Of a DNA stretch of 64,000 nucleotides, positions 25,889 to 39,870 are shown piece after piece (positions within the stretch are counted from its first letter, which is position 1; each line of letters begins with the position of its first letter). The stretch covers positions 103,354,001 through 103,418,000 of the forward strand of contig OX597819.1 in NCBI GenBank assembly GCA_951406725.2, given 5' to 3'. Under the pieces are notes generated by a model. That model was not told the origin of the DNA. It searched no databases and saw only the letters and a list, made by a program, of their open reading frames with translations. This stretch comes from Octopus vulgaris (Eukaryota). Both the position numbers and the translations under genes were made by a program.

Positions 25889-27043
25889 TATATATATATA
25901 CATTTACACACACACATACGTATATAGTTCTCTTTATCTCATTCTCTCCATCCTTCTTTCCCATCTCTCTACTTTTCTTAGTTTCCGGTAAACCTTTCAA
26001 TTCTCAATAATCACGTGGTCTTATCTGACGATATTGCCGGTTGACTACTGCATACTACGTTTCTGTTCTAAATATTGCAATATATATATGTGACCTCCGG
26101 AGGTCGTAGTAGACTCATAATGCTGAAGATATTCTTCAGTGTTCGGTCTTTGTAGCGTTGAGTAGATGCATAATAAAGCGCCTTCCTGAATAAGGATTCA
26201 GTCTGCTCCAAATAATATACTGCGCGAACTACTTGTTAGCCCTAATGTCTAATCAAAATGAAAAAAGTGTCCCATAAAACAAATATATCGTACCAGTGAT
26301 TGAACTCACAACGTGCATGCCGGTAGTCTATATTGTTCTATATGGGGCCCTTTCTTCTTTTGATTTTATTCATGACATTTTACAAGACTTCTGGGATTGC
26401 TTGTAATGTATGTGTGAGAGATCTTCAAACCAGTGATATGTTCAGAACACCGAATGCTTTCCGCTATGTGACCCCCAACTAAAGACATCCATAATGACAA
26501 GCGGTGGTGTTAGTTTAAATATCTGTTAGTTTTAAGATTTTAACTTTTAAGATTTTTAGTTTTAAGTTTTACTTCTGCATTACTGAAGCTATTTAGTTCC
26601 AAGTTTAGCCTGCATGAAGAAATATTTGATCAATGAAATAGGACTCTTGATCATCCAGTCCTGTTGTACCTAGGACTATATTATTCAATGTGTCCTCGGT
26701 TTAAAGAATAAGATTTTATTTCATAAAGATTCGGTTGTCATACACTACATAGAACCCTTCTCCCGCCGTTGTCCACAGATAATACTTTCTTGTAATCCAT
26801 GCGCTTCCTTGCAGCTGAAGTATATATTCTACATCTGTATTCTATATTTCTATTCAACACTTATGCTTTACACTTACAAATTTTAGCTTTCCTAATTTCA
26901 TTCATTTTTTTTGCACACTCCTTTCCTCAAGTATATTTTCCCACTCGTCTTTTAAACAGTCTGCCGCCTCTTTTATTTCTTAGCACACATTCTTCTCATC
27001 ACTTTAATAAAAATCAACATCATTATCCCTTTATTTGTCATAG

Positions 27044-27129
<86 letters not shown>

Positions 27130-27168
27130 CACCACCATCACCACCACCACCACCACTACTACTACTAC
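27044..27168. repeat. (CTA)n/(CCA)n trinucleotide tract
   Basis: Directly visible. Confidence 0.95.
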
Positions 27169-27267
27169 ATTTTCTTTTTATATTCATCGTCTTCGTCTAT
27201 CTCTTCCATACTAATAGCCATACAGGCATGCATACATATACAAAGACACAAATCCACAACATATGTT

Positions 27268-27318
<51 letters not shown>

Positions 27319-28170
27319 TCACATATGCACAAGGGTTTATTTATATAGGCATACATTTTTATGTATACGAGTGTATACATACATATATATATATGCATAC
27401 GTTTGTATATACGCACACATATATATAACTGTATTTGTATATAGCTACACATATTTACACACACACACACATATATATATATTTATATATATGTATCTAT
27501 ATATATGCATATATGTATATATATGTATCTATCTATATATATATATGCACACATAGGTAGATAGACAGATAGATAGATAGATAGATATACACTTAGATAG
27601 ATAGACAGATAGAATGATACATACATATATATATATATAGATACATACATGCATGCATAGACATACATATGTGTGCTTGTGTATGTATGTGTGTGCGTGT
27701 GTGTGTATGTGTGTGCGTGTATGTCTGTGTATGTATGTGCGTGAATGCATATACATATACATATATAATACATGTCTGTCTATCTATATATATTTATGTG
27801 CATTACGTTTTCTTAATATTAAATTTTCTTGCCAGCTTTTTATATTCTGTTGAGTGTGTGACTGGTGTTTTCTAAATAGCCTCTTCAAAACGTATCACCA
27901 TTAAACCTACTTAATGATAACTAGGATGGAGATGAAATCTGGTTCAGCAAATGGCGACAAGATAAGAGATATATAAAAAAAAAAATGGCGTTTGCTGTAT
28001 GGGTCGGAGTTATATTGGAGAGCAGTGGTGTGGGATGTTTAAGGGTGTTGAAGAGTGAAAGTATGTGTGGCGTTGGAGTGTAAAACCGGGAGATCCGAAT
28101 TAGCTGATGAGATCGACCGATACACATACGCACACAAACGCGCGCGCGCACATATATACTTGTACATATG

Positions 28171-28289
<119 letters not shown>

Positions 28290-28314
28290 ATGTACATTCG
28301 TATATACATAAGTA

Positions 28315-28358
<44 letters not shown>

Positions 28359-28382
28359 CATATAGCATGGAAATGAAAACAA

Positions 28383-28582
<200 letters not shown>

Positions 28583-29004
28583 AAACGGCTGGAACTGAAA
28601 TAACTAGTGCGGTGTACAGTTTTCCGACCCCTTTACGCTTATATGAATCAATATTATTGTTGTATGATTTTCTCTGATTTCATCGTTTATCATCGCCAAC
28701 ACCAAAAATCCTCTCCACTTCATCATCTATCCCTCCTCCTCCTCCCTCCCTTTATCCTCCTCATCCTCTTTGTCATCATAAGCATATATTCCTTCTTCTC
28801 CTCGTCATGATTCTCATCATCGTCCTCGTCGTCGTCATCAACATCTTCATCTTCTTCTCCTTCTTTTTCTTCGTTTTCTTTATCTTTTTTTTTTCTTTTT
28901 AAACGTCCAATTTAAACTGTTATTGTTCTTATTGAAATCATCACCAATACCATCATCATCATCATCGATGTTGTTGTTGCCATCATTACAGGTATCTTTA
29001 GTAT

Positions 29005-29393
29005 TACTCTTTTACTCTTTTACTTGTTTCAGTCATTTGACTGCTTTAATCGAGCGACTCGACCCCGGCACTTATTCTTTTGTAAGCCCAGTACTTATTC
29101 TATCGGTCTCTTTTGCCGAACCGCTAAGTAACGGGGACGTAAACACACCAGCATCGGTTATCAAGCAATGCTAGGGGGACAAACACAGACACACAAACAC
29201 ACACACATACACATCTATATATATATACATATATACGACAGGCTTCTTTCAATTTCCGTCTACCAAATCAACTCACAAGGCATTGGTCGGCCCGGGGCTA
29301 TAGCAGAAGACACTTGCCCAATGTGCCACGCAGTGGGACTGAACCCGGAACCATGTGGTTGGTTAGCAAGCTACTTACCACATAGCCACTCCT
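29005..29393 (-). mobile_element. SINE family A, near full length
   Basis: Complete head, central microsatellite and (TAAAAGAG)n tail on the minus strand. Confidence 0.9.
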
Positions 29394-29413
29394 ATATAAC
29401 TATATATGATTAT

Positions 29414-29485
<72 letters not shown>

Positions 29486-29589
29486 ATATATGTGTGTTAT
29501 ATTATATACATATATTTGCTATGGGCGCGTGCGCATATATAAATGCACACTAATACTCATCTATATATATATATATACATTATATATAT

Positions 29590-29663
<74 letters not shown>

Positions 29664-29764
29664 GTGTGTGTATGTATATGGTATGTGATGAGAATTTATG
29701 AAAAGGCATCCAATAGAAACGCAACATCGTTTTAAAGATGGAGAAGAGAAGATGTTAAAATCTT

Positions 29765-29962
29765 AAAAAAGAATTTTAATACATGCATACGATCGCTTCG
29801 AACAACAACATTAATATGTAAATAACATGGTAGAATAATTAGAAATTAATTTAATTGAATTACATTTATTAGATGTTACTGTTTTCTTTACTGTAAAGAA
29901 AATGCTTCAAAAATTATTATTATTTTTACAGAAGGCTTAATTGAAGAAGTTGCAAATAACCT
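29765..29962 (-). repeat. Diverged inverted copy of the 30.9/31.3 kb repeat unit
   Basis: Reverse complement TTATTTGCAACTTCTTCAATTAAGCCTTCTGTAA...TTCGAAGCGATCGTATGCATGTATTAAAATT aligns to 30927-31116. Confidence 0.75.
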
Positions 29963-29971
29963 ATTCGGATA

Positions 29972-30344
29972 TCTCTTTTACTCGTTTCAGTCATTTGCTG
30001 GAGCACCGCCTTTAGTCGATCAAATGGGCCCCAGCAAGCCTAGAACTCATTATATCTGGCTCTTTTGCCGAACCGCTAAGTCACGAGGACGTCAACACAC
30101 CACCATCAGTTGTCAAGCGATTTTGGGGGAACAAACACAGACTCACAAATATATACACACACATACAATATACATATATACGACGGGCTTCTTTCAGTTT
30201 CCATCTACAAAATCCACTTACAAGGCTTTGGTTGACCCGAGGCTATAGTAGAAGACACTTGCCCAAGGTACCACGCAGTGAGACTGAACCCGGAACCATG
30301 TGTTTGGTAAGCAAGTTTTTTTACCACACAGCCACTCCTGCGCC
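29972..30344 (-). mobile_element. SINE family A, near full length
   Basis: Same motifs as 29005-29393. Confidence 0.9.
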
Positions 30345-30806
30345 TATATACATATTTTATGCTTATGAATGCATAAAAAATTATCATTATTGTTGCATAT
30401 GATTTGATGGAGAAAGTAGAAAATAACATATTCGGATATACGTATTTTATTCTTATCATAGGAAATAAGATAGAGATGTCCATTGGGATAGCATAGTTTT
30501 ATTTGAATCAGGGTATGACTTGAAAGTTATAAGTAATACATAAGTATGGTGTATATTTAAAGAAGTTATTTTTAAGAAAAAATAAATTTTTGTGCGAATA
30601 TAGATTTTATTAGGCTACTATAAATAGACCCTTGTGCATATTTGAGTGTGTGTGTGTGGGTGTGTATGTATGTTTGTATGTATATCTATGAAAGCATATA
30701 TGTTGTGGATTTGTGTATTTGTATGACTGTTAGTACGGACGAGATAGAGGAAGACGGGAGATATAAAAAGAAAACGTAGTAGTAGTAGTAGCAGCAGCAG
30801 CAGTAA

Positions 30807-30867
<61 letters not shown>

Positions 30868-30925
30868 CAGTGTGTTAGTATGCTCCTCATCTTTCATAAG
30901 GATAAAAATATGTATATCTGAATAT

Positions 30926-31597
30926 GTTATTTGCTATTTCCTCAATCAAGTCTTCTGTAACAATAATTATAAATTTTTGATACATTTTTCTTGTACTGTG
31001 GAAAACAGTAATATGTAATTAATTTAATTCAATTTAAATAATTTCTAATTATTCCTTCATGTTATTTGCTTGTTAATATTGCTGTTCGAAACGATCGGAT
31101 GCATGTATTAAAATTTATATATAAAAGTGGTCCTATTGTTGTAGCAGTAGCAGACTGTTGTTGTTGAAGCGCTAGAGAAACAAATTTCCAAATTCGGATT
31201 GAATAAGGATACTATTTTGCAGCTTTCTCTTCAGGAAAATCCAGGAATTAAAATGTCCAAACAAAACAAAAGCGCAGCAAGCAATTCGAACAAAAACGCT
31301 CCCTATGAGCCCATGGAGTGGCACAAACTGTGCAGTTTGTTATTTGCTATTTCCTCAATCAAGTCTTCTGTAACAATAATTATAAATTTTTGATACATTT
31401 TTCTTGTACTGTGGAAAACAGTAATATGTAATTAATTTAATTCAATTTAAATAATTTCTAATTATTCTCTCATGTTATTTGTATGTTAATATTGCTGTTC
31501 GGCAAACGATCGGATGCATGTATTAAAATTTATATATAAAAGTGATCCTATTGTAGTAGCAGTAGCAGACTGTTGTTGTTGAAGCGGTAGAGAAACC
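30926..31597. repeat. Near-identical direct repeat of about 255 bp (30926-31181 and 31339-31597), possibly PLE pseudo-LTRs
   Basis: GTTATTTGCTATTTCCTCAATCAAG...GTTGAAGCGxTAGAGAAAC occurs twice, about 413 bp apart. Confidence 0.85.
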
Positions 31598-32234
31598 TAG
31601 TTTGCAACAGTAGGGCTGGGTGGAATCAGGTCAGATAGTGATACCAACAAGGTGGTACTATTGTAGCAGCAGTAGCAGGCTGTTGTTGTTGCGGTAGTGA
31701 GTCCTGGCCTGCAACTGTTGTGCTGGGTGGAATTAAGTCAGATAGCGATACCAGAGGGGATGCTGCTTGCTGCTGGCTAACGGGCTGTTGAGGTGACCTC
31801 TGACCTGTTGATACTAGGTCAGTTGGTGCACTATATCTATTGACAAGTATATCTTCTAATGTTACCTTGTGCGTGTGTACGATATGAAATGATCTTGTGA
31901 TTTCTTTTATTTTGCTCTCGGTCTGTTTTACAGATCTGTAAACGGACATGACGCTAATTTTTCGTCGATTTTACTGTAGACATTAGCATTTACACTATTG
32001 TTATGTTGAGCGTACCAAGTGTTTATCAGTGCGCTAATTTCGTTTTCTACCCAGTGGCGTTTTACAACTAATCTGGAGATTATTTGAGATTTTTGCAGGC
32101 ACTGATGGTTTATATTTGTTTCCCCAGGTGATATATATACATATATGCTTACATGCCCATTATAAATACTTATGCAGAGGTATATCTATATATACAAATA
32201 CACACACTTACATATATGCAGGTGTGTGTGTGTT

Positions 32235-33125
32235 AAATAAAATGAGATAATAAAGCCAAGGCCGTGTGGAATTTTCAGGACATTTATAAAGAGAAAGTTA
32301 GTCTTACAGCTGTTTCTAGGATATTAGAGATATTCCTCCATCAGAGACGATGTGAGAAGGTTATATTAAGGGAAATATGATAGTAATATGAGGAGTTATT
32401 TTGGAAAAGGATGCAAATAAGGAGTATATAGGGAAATAGGAGAATGAACGTAGGAATAAAAATAAAAATGTATAAAGATGTTATAGTTGCAGTTCCATTA
32501 TCCAAGGAAAGTGGTGAGTAGAAATGCATCCTGTCAAGTTTGTAAATTCCAATAGGACTTCAACTTCATATTTTGTCATCACAAATGGCGAGTGTGGAGC
32601 CGTTTATTCCATGCGCTGTTCATTCAAAGGGGTCTCGTGGTGTGGATGAAAATTTGAGAATGTAGTGGTAGTATTAAGTCGATAAAGAGGGGAGAAGAGA
32701 TTTGTATGTTAAAATGAAGAGGGCGGTCAAAGGTAAAATATGGGAAAAGAAGGAGGAAGGAAAGAGGAAGAGAAAATGAAAACAAGAAGAGGAAGTGAAA
32801 AAATATGTAAGAAAGTGAAAGAAGGAGCGTATTTTCGGTATTAAGATATTATGAGGGCGTGGGAGAGGAGTAGGGTATGGGTAGGAAGAGAAAAGAAAGA
32901 AAATAATGAGTATGTGTGAGGTGCGATGATATGTTAGAACGACATTAAGGGATTGATAGAGAAATAGGTATAGAAGGGGCATTTCCTTAAGTGAGTCGTA
33001 AACCACAAAGCGGAAGGGAAGAATACTAAGAATGGTCAAGTTTTTATGAATAGACTTATGGGTAATGTGATAGTGTAGGTAGAGGAATCAGAAAGAAAGA
33101 AGGGAAGGAAGAAAGAAAGAAAGAA
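32235..33125 (-). mobile_element. Probable PLE-derived remnant ending in a hammerhead-like motif (32301-32348)
   Basis: Minus gtct-CTGATGG-aggaatat..atatccta-GAAA-cagctg-TA-agac; extent of the purine-rich body is uncertain. Confidence 0.55.
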
Positions 33126-33229
33126 ATGTATATCGATATACGTACGCACACATGTGCATATATTCGTGTGTATATGCATTATTATATAGGCCTATGTACT
33201 TGGGTATTTAAACCCGTACGCATGCATGT

Positions 33230-33290
<61 letters not shown>

Positions 33291-33292
33291 TA

Positions 33293-33480
33293 AAGTTAAT
33301 CCAAACATGAAAACACAAACAGAAAACACAACGCGAGGACGTGGAACAAGTATAGCGTTATTGGACGCTCAGGAAAGGAAAGAAAGAAAGAACGTTTCGA
33401 GCGGAGCTCTTCGTCAGAAACATATGAAAATGAAAGATCCAAGGAAGGGAAGACGGATGATAAAAAATTGCCAACGATAC
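33293..33480 (-). mobile_element. Short repeat with minimal hammerhead core (33388-33421)
   Basis: Minus CTGACGA-agagc/tcc/gctc-GAAA-cg-TT; stem I partner lost; related to 685-830. Confidence 0.55.
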
Positions 33481-33616
33481 ACACGCGCTCAATATATACT
33501 TACACACACACATACATATACACGTATATACATATACACATATACATACATACGTACATAAATATGCACACACACCTTAGGTATTCTAGATACCAATACC
33601 TCTGATATACATGTAT

Positions 33617-33654
<38 letters not shown>

Positions 33655-34721
33655 GCGTGTGTGTGTATTTGTGTGTGTGTACATATGAATTCATAGTTTT
33701 ATTCCTACAGACATATTTCCGGATATCTGTGATATTAAAATATTGAAAGATTTTCAAGATCCTTCCCGAAGTATAACATTTAAGGTGGTTTATTTTGAAT
33801 TTGTTGGGGAATGATACTGCAGCTTTAATGAATAAGTGAAATGTAATTAGATTCAGATAATGGATTAAGGGAATTATATTGCTTGTCAGTTTAGATAATC
33901 AGAAGATTTGGTAGAATTGAGAGAACCAGAATGACATGCCGTTGTATTTGGTCCAAGGCGTTCGTATTTATACCAAATATGTCAAATGCACTCTACAACT
34001 TGCTTCACTTCAAGGATAACAATTGATAAGTACTGATTTCTTTTCTACTATGACGGCAACGTCTAACTTTGGAAGTCACTTTTCACTTCACAGATGGCGA
34101 TGCCTTGTAATATCAATGATTTTAAAGATATTTAACTATACACTTCGTTTATTCCACATCATCTTCCTTATCTCCTCACGCCCTTTATCACTCACATCCA
34201 TACAACTACATGAATATAGGACGAATCACATACAGATAAACAGAACTAAAGATGATCTGGATTATAGAAGGCATGTGATTCAAGAATGGCAACTATATGG
34301 CTTACAAAAACATAAATTATTGTTTAACCAAATGATTAAATCTAACAATGGTTAATTGATTATTTAAGTAGTTAAAAATTACGAAATATATAGAAGGGTA
34401 ATAGAACCAGTGTGTGTATTTTAACAGGCATAAAGATGGCGAAAGATTGAGGACAAGAGATAGTGTTGGGAATGGCGTAAAGAGTACCAAGTGTAACGGC
34501 TACTATTAGGTGAAGGAGATATTCAAATAGTTAGTTCAAGCAAAAACGTTGCAGTACTTTGCAGTAGCACTAAAAAGGAATTCCCTCGACTACAGTTTGA
34601 AGTTTTTTGATGAGTGACTAAAAGTCAATCTGTTGAACAATCCATATGTGTACGCAACCGTCACATATATGAGAAGATCATTTAATGTTTAAGCTTAAAG
34701 GATCATTCAGGTGTTTCAACA

Positions 34722-35520
34722 TACGAGGAGTGAACCCAAAAGAAACAGGAATTTTCCAATATTATTGTATTCACGTTTACACTTTTATCGCCTTCAAAGT
34801 ATTCTCCATTTGAATCGGTTGAAGCGCATTTTCAACTATTCGAAGCAGTGCCGGAACTTTTGCAAAGTGAAGGCTTTTAACGCTTCCGTTGTTTTTTTCT
34901 TTACCTCTTCCACATATGCAAATTCTGTAGTACCAGCTTTCGTCACCAGTGATGATCTTCGATGAAAGGTCCGGATCAACTTCCAACTGTTCTCTCAGTT
35001 CATGACACGCATTCAGTCGTGACTGCATTTGATCTTCCGTGAGCGGAGGAGATACAATATTTTGCTGCAACTCTTTTCATTCGCAATTTCTCGTTCAAAA
35101 TTCGTTGGCAGGAGTTTCAGGACGCATCAACAGTATCGAAAAATTCGTCAATCGGTTGGTGACAGTCCTCGAAGATCAGTTCATGAATTTTATTGATATT
35201 TTCATTTATTCGGGTGCTCGACGGTTGGTCTTCAAGTGACCATTTCTAAAGGATGAAAACCATTCGTAAACTTGTGTTTTGCTCATGGCAACGTTCTTTT
35301 GAGCTGTTTGAAGTATTGCAACTGTTTTGGCCGCTGTTTCCCCAGCAGAAAACAGATTTTCATTGAAGCGCGCTGTTCCTTCGTTTCAGCTATCGCAAAA
35401 ATCGATGAACAGGGGAGAAACACTGCAAAAATGGCTCACAACGTGACAGTACGACCGACCAGGACGCCGCTGGTCGGCAAACTGATACAGAGGATCGCAC
35501 CAATTTTCACTTTTAGCTGA
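34722..35520 (-). mobile_element. Internally deleted mariner transposon
   Basis: LTEDQMQSRLNACHEL...SKIITGDESWYY motif; TACGAG-type terminus at 34722; right boundary uncertain. Confidence 0.8.
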
Positions 35521-36349
35521 GATTCATGGAGGTTTCCAAACGATCTTAAAATACGATGTCAGGCAGTAAAGTTACATTATTTTGGAAAATGCATACGGAT
35601 GAGGACACGAAACGTACTGGTAATTACATCCAGGAATAGGATTAAACTGTTATGAATTTAGTATTATTTTGAATCGTGTCCCAGAACTCTTCGTGTTAAC
35701 ACGACTAGTTTTAAGTACACATTAAAAATGATGCCACAGCCTCTCTATATCTATCTATCTACCTAGTTAGCTATCTCTCCATCACTCTGTGTGTGTGCGT
35801 GTGTGTGTGTGTATGTGTGTGTATACACATACATTTATATACATATGCATATATACAGACACATAAATATGTATATGTATATATATGCATATATACGCAA
35901 ACACATATATATATATATATTTATATATATATAAAAAGATATGTGCGTGTGTGTGTATGCACTTAAGTGGGTGAGCTGTATGAGAGTGAGTGTAATCATC
36001 AATTTTCCTTTTTTTGATCAGTTTATCTTTTCACTCATAATCTTATACAATCGAGTACATTCATTCACGAATTATACTCTCATATATATATATATATATT
36101 TTTTTTTGTGTGTGTACAAATATATATGCATACATATCTATCTATATATATGTATATATATATATATATAATATATATATATGACACATATTACATATAT
36201 GATAATAGTGTGTAGGTCTTATCTATGTGCACTCGTATCTGACTCCACTGATATTAAATAGGAAGTGACCTCATCACGTGATCCGTGACTCAGAATTCCA
36301 GTATCAAAACATCAAATAAAATTAAATCAAGTTTGCAGAAAAACGTAGT

Positions 36350-36403
<54 letters not shown>

Positions 36404-37399
36404 CATTCGTTTTATTATCAGTTTATATAAATGTATAATTATATAATATACATATGCGTTTGTATGCATATGCCTATATGTATAAAATACACATATTTAT
36501 ATATACACAACACACACCACACACACTACACACACGTACACACATATCTGTTATCTCTTTGTACATGATTTCATTACATATTCTCGATTATTTCTTACTA
36601 ATTTTATGAGGTCGGCACTTTGATTGGTAAACTTTTGATTCTCACTCTTTCTCTCATGTCCTCCTTCTTTCTCTCTCTCTCATGTTCTCCCTCTTTCTCT
36701 CTCTCTTTCTCTCTCTCTTTATGTACTATGCTAACAGGCGTCAGTAATTATGGACTCCTATGCCCTTCTGTCACACAGTTTAGCGTTTTATTTGGGCCAG
36801 TTTCTCTGAAGCCAGCTGGTAAGGCTATCGAGTATCTTCCCATCTCTTTCTCACCCTCTCTCTACCCCTCTCATGCTCCCTCTTTCTCTCTTTCTCTCCC
36901 TCTATCTATCTATATATCTATCTATCCATCTATCTATCTATCTTGCTATCTATCTATCTATCTATCTGTCTATGTATCTATATATCTATATATATATATA
37001 CCTAACTCTTTCTCTCTCCCTCTTCTCTATCTCCTTTGTTTCAGGTTCCCGGTTGTCATCATGTTCTCTAATCCTTTTCTTTTTCTATGATCTCCAATGA
37101 AGTGAGCCCATTGCCTCTTTATGCTACTGAAAATCTTTCTTGTGGACTTTGCCCGTCAGAAGACTTTGGCGCTTGTTACTTTATCGACTCGAACATTTTT
37201 CTAAGTAACGTCATCATTTTGAAGGCTTATGTATTTGCTAACTGATGTTCCAGGTTACAAAATTCGATATAAGGAGAGGATCGTTGTATAGCCTTGCGAA
37301 CATTTTCCTCAGCATCATCTATATCCAATACCCGTGTATCTGACAATATGTTATGGAGAAAAAGTATTTTGTCAACAAACAGCAGCATGCAGAACTGGA

Positions 37400-37760
37400 A
37401 AAATAGAGCAGTGTGAGTAAATCAAAAGTGAAGGGCAGGCCTGTGTATTATCACCAAGCATGATTTCATTATACAGAGAAATAATTATGCGACATATTGA
37501 AGAGATTCAAGGTATACAGCTAGGGGAAAACATATCTGTTATGCGCACGACACAGTCATCATAGCAATAAGACAGGATAATCTACAAATATTGGCGTGTA
37601 CTTCAAATGATGGAAGTGAGAAAATGGGTCTAGTTTTTGTAATATACCAAAACAAAAATAAAATAGTAATTTCTAAGAAAAATGACCATCAATTTGTAAC
37701 ATGTTAATAAATGTAACAGCATTTAATCTGTTATTTGGGATCCATCATTTGATCAAATAG
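37400..37760 (+). mobile_element. RTE-like LINE reverse transcriptase fragment
   Basis: GQACVLSPSMISLYREIIMRHIEEIQGIQLGENI / CYAHDTVIIA (decayed QGCVLSP and YADD motifs). Confidence 0.75.
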
Positions 37761-38385
37761 GAAAAACTCTCCAGGAAGACAGTAGATTTAGATCCCAACA
37801 ATACTGTATAAACGAAGGGTATTGCTGACCAGAAAATTATAAGGAATTTCACAAGTGGAAAATGAGAAGGGTATATGTGAACTAATATTGTACGCGTATT
37901 TGTCTCTTATAATGGTCACTATCGTTTATTTTGTTTGTTTTTAACAGTAAGTCAGTAATTGCCTTAAAATATTCCACATAATTCCTCACCTTTTTTGCTC
38001 GAACACACGAATCTAAATACGAATCTACACGTCTTCACGCAAACATCCAAACAGATACGCCACATCTCACGCGCAAACACTCACACACACATACAAAGTC
38101 ACAACCACATTCACCACATGCATATACACAGATACGTCCATATACCTATATATACATTTATGTATATGTATGATATGATTACGTTTCTGCGTTCGCCTCT
38201 CAAGCCTTAAGAGCTGTTGTGGGTTTGTTTGCGCTCCCGTAGTTTAACAGCTCGCCAAAAACAGGTTATCAGACATAAAATACATACTTGCCTGGATTTC
38301 ATTTCATCTACTATAAAATTCTGCAAAGCAAGGCCTCACTGTTGCCGCAGCCCAATGATTGAAGTAAAAGGATAAAAAGAAACAA

Positions 38386-38457
<72 letters not shown>

Positions 38458-38530
38458 ACGCACACACTCGCAAATACACAGACATGCACAATTACACACG
38501 CACACGCACATGTCCATATCCATATGTATG

Positions 38531-38590
<60 letters not shown>

Positions 38591-39099
38591 TGCATGTATG
38601 TATGAATATATGTGTGTGTATACATGTATGTGTACAATTATACATACGCAAAGATAAATTAGATATAGAGATATTCTATTGACAAAAAATAATTTATTTA
38701 TATTACAATATTATATTAAATACTATGAATATAATACATAACATAACATAATATATAAATAATTATAAAAACAGTAAAAGGCCAACAAATTGTTTCGACT
38801 TATACATATTTTTGTGACATACATAATCACAGTTCCATTATATATAAACCACTGCAGTGTCCTTGGACGAAATTCCGTGTGAAAAGACGGCTGGGTTGTA
38901 AAAATCAATTCAAATGTCTGTGTTATGAGCGTGAGCATTAATTAATCAATCTTACATCAATTGCAATTAAAAATCACTTTAACGATACATATGACTGTAT
39001 CAGAAGAACTACAGGGCTGACTCAATGTTCGGTTTGTATTGATGATTACTATCGATTCACTAAATTTTCCCTTCCATGGTGTGCGAATAACATTAATTT

Positions 39100-39870
39100 A
39101 ATAATTTTTAATGAGGGTATCCAAGATGTATAATCCGACGAGGTACACGATTTCAGCTCCTCAAAGCTCCCTATGGAGACGTCGAACAATGGGTCACCTT
39201 CTTTTTTCACCCAAAAGGAATCGGGGGCCAGAATTGACTTTCTGGCATTCATGATAATTCAGATGTCAAGGTCACTAATGATGGTGTAATGCTCAACAAA
39301 ATTTAGGGCCTTCAGAGAGAAGGACTTAGATATGGAAGGGTAGAAGTCGACAATGTCGAACTGGATGAATTTACAAGCTGATTTAATCACGATATCGCGA
39401 AACCAGTCGATTCTGGAGTTCCATTGAGTCAGCCCTGTTTCTTGATATCGGAGCTGATAGTATCAAGAATACGTTTGCTAATAATACCTATCTAACTTTT
39501 AGGTTTGATCAGCCTGTATTCGGAATTGGAGTGGAAGTTTTACTTATGGTCCTTGAGTGCAATATGGGGAGGGGGTCATGTGGCGAGGCAGTCCACGCGA
39601 TCCTCTATATTAAGGCGGGTGACTAGCTCCTTTGCTTCTGTGTTTATGCCATTGTATATTGAATTACGGGTGTTCTTGTATATCTTGGTGATGGCACTTG
39701 TAAGAGGTCTTAAGCATGTGGAAGTGTTTATTTCATAAATGTTCTTTGTTTTGTCTGCGAGGTTGTGTACGTAGGGTGATTTTTTAATGCTGGTTCTAGA
39801 GTCATTTAGGGATTTTAGGAAGGGGTTAGAACAATGCTGAAGCCTTACCGTCTTTACAATTTTCAGCAAG
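39100..39870 (-). mobile_element. Penelope-like element reverse transcriptase fragment
   Basis: Minus translation ADKTKNIYE, FIQFDIVDFYPSIS, MNARKSIL..WVKKEGDPLFDVSIGSF; frameshifted. Confidence 0.85.

Noticed and set aside
26050-26145. Minus-strand CTGAAGA...GAAACGTAGTA
   Set aside because: Stems I and II pair poorly and chance occurrence cannot be excluded
28100-28125. CTGATGAG motif
   Set aside because: No downstream GAAA
30926-31597. Repeat-spacer-repeat pattern as a CRISPR array or retroviral LTR pair
   Set aside because: Repeats are about 255 bp with only two copies, and there are no TG..CA ends, primer-binding site or cas genes
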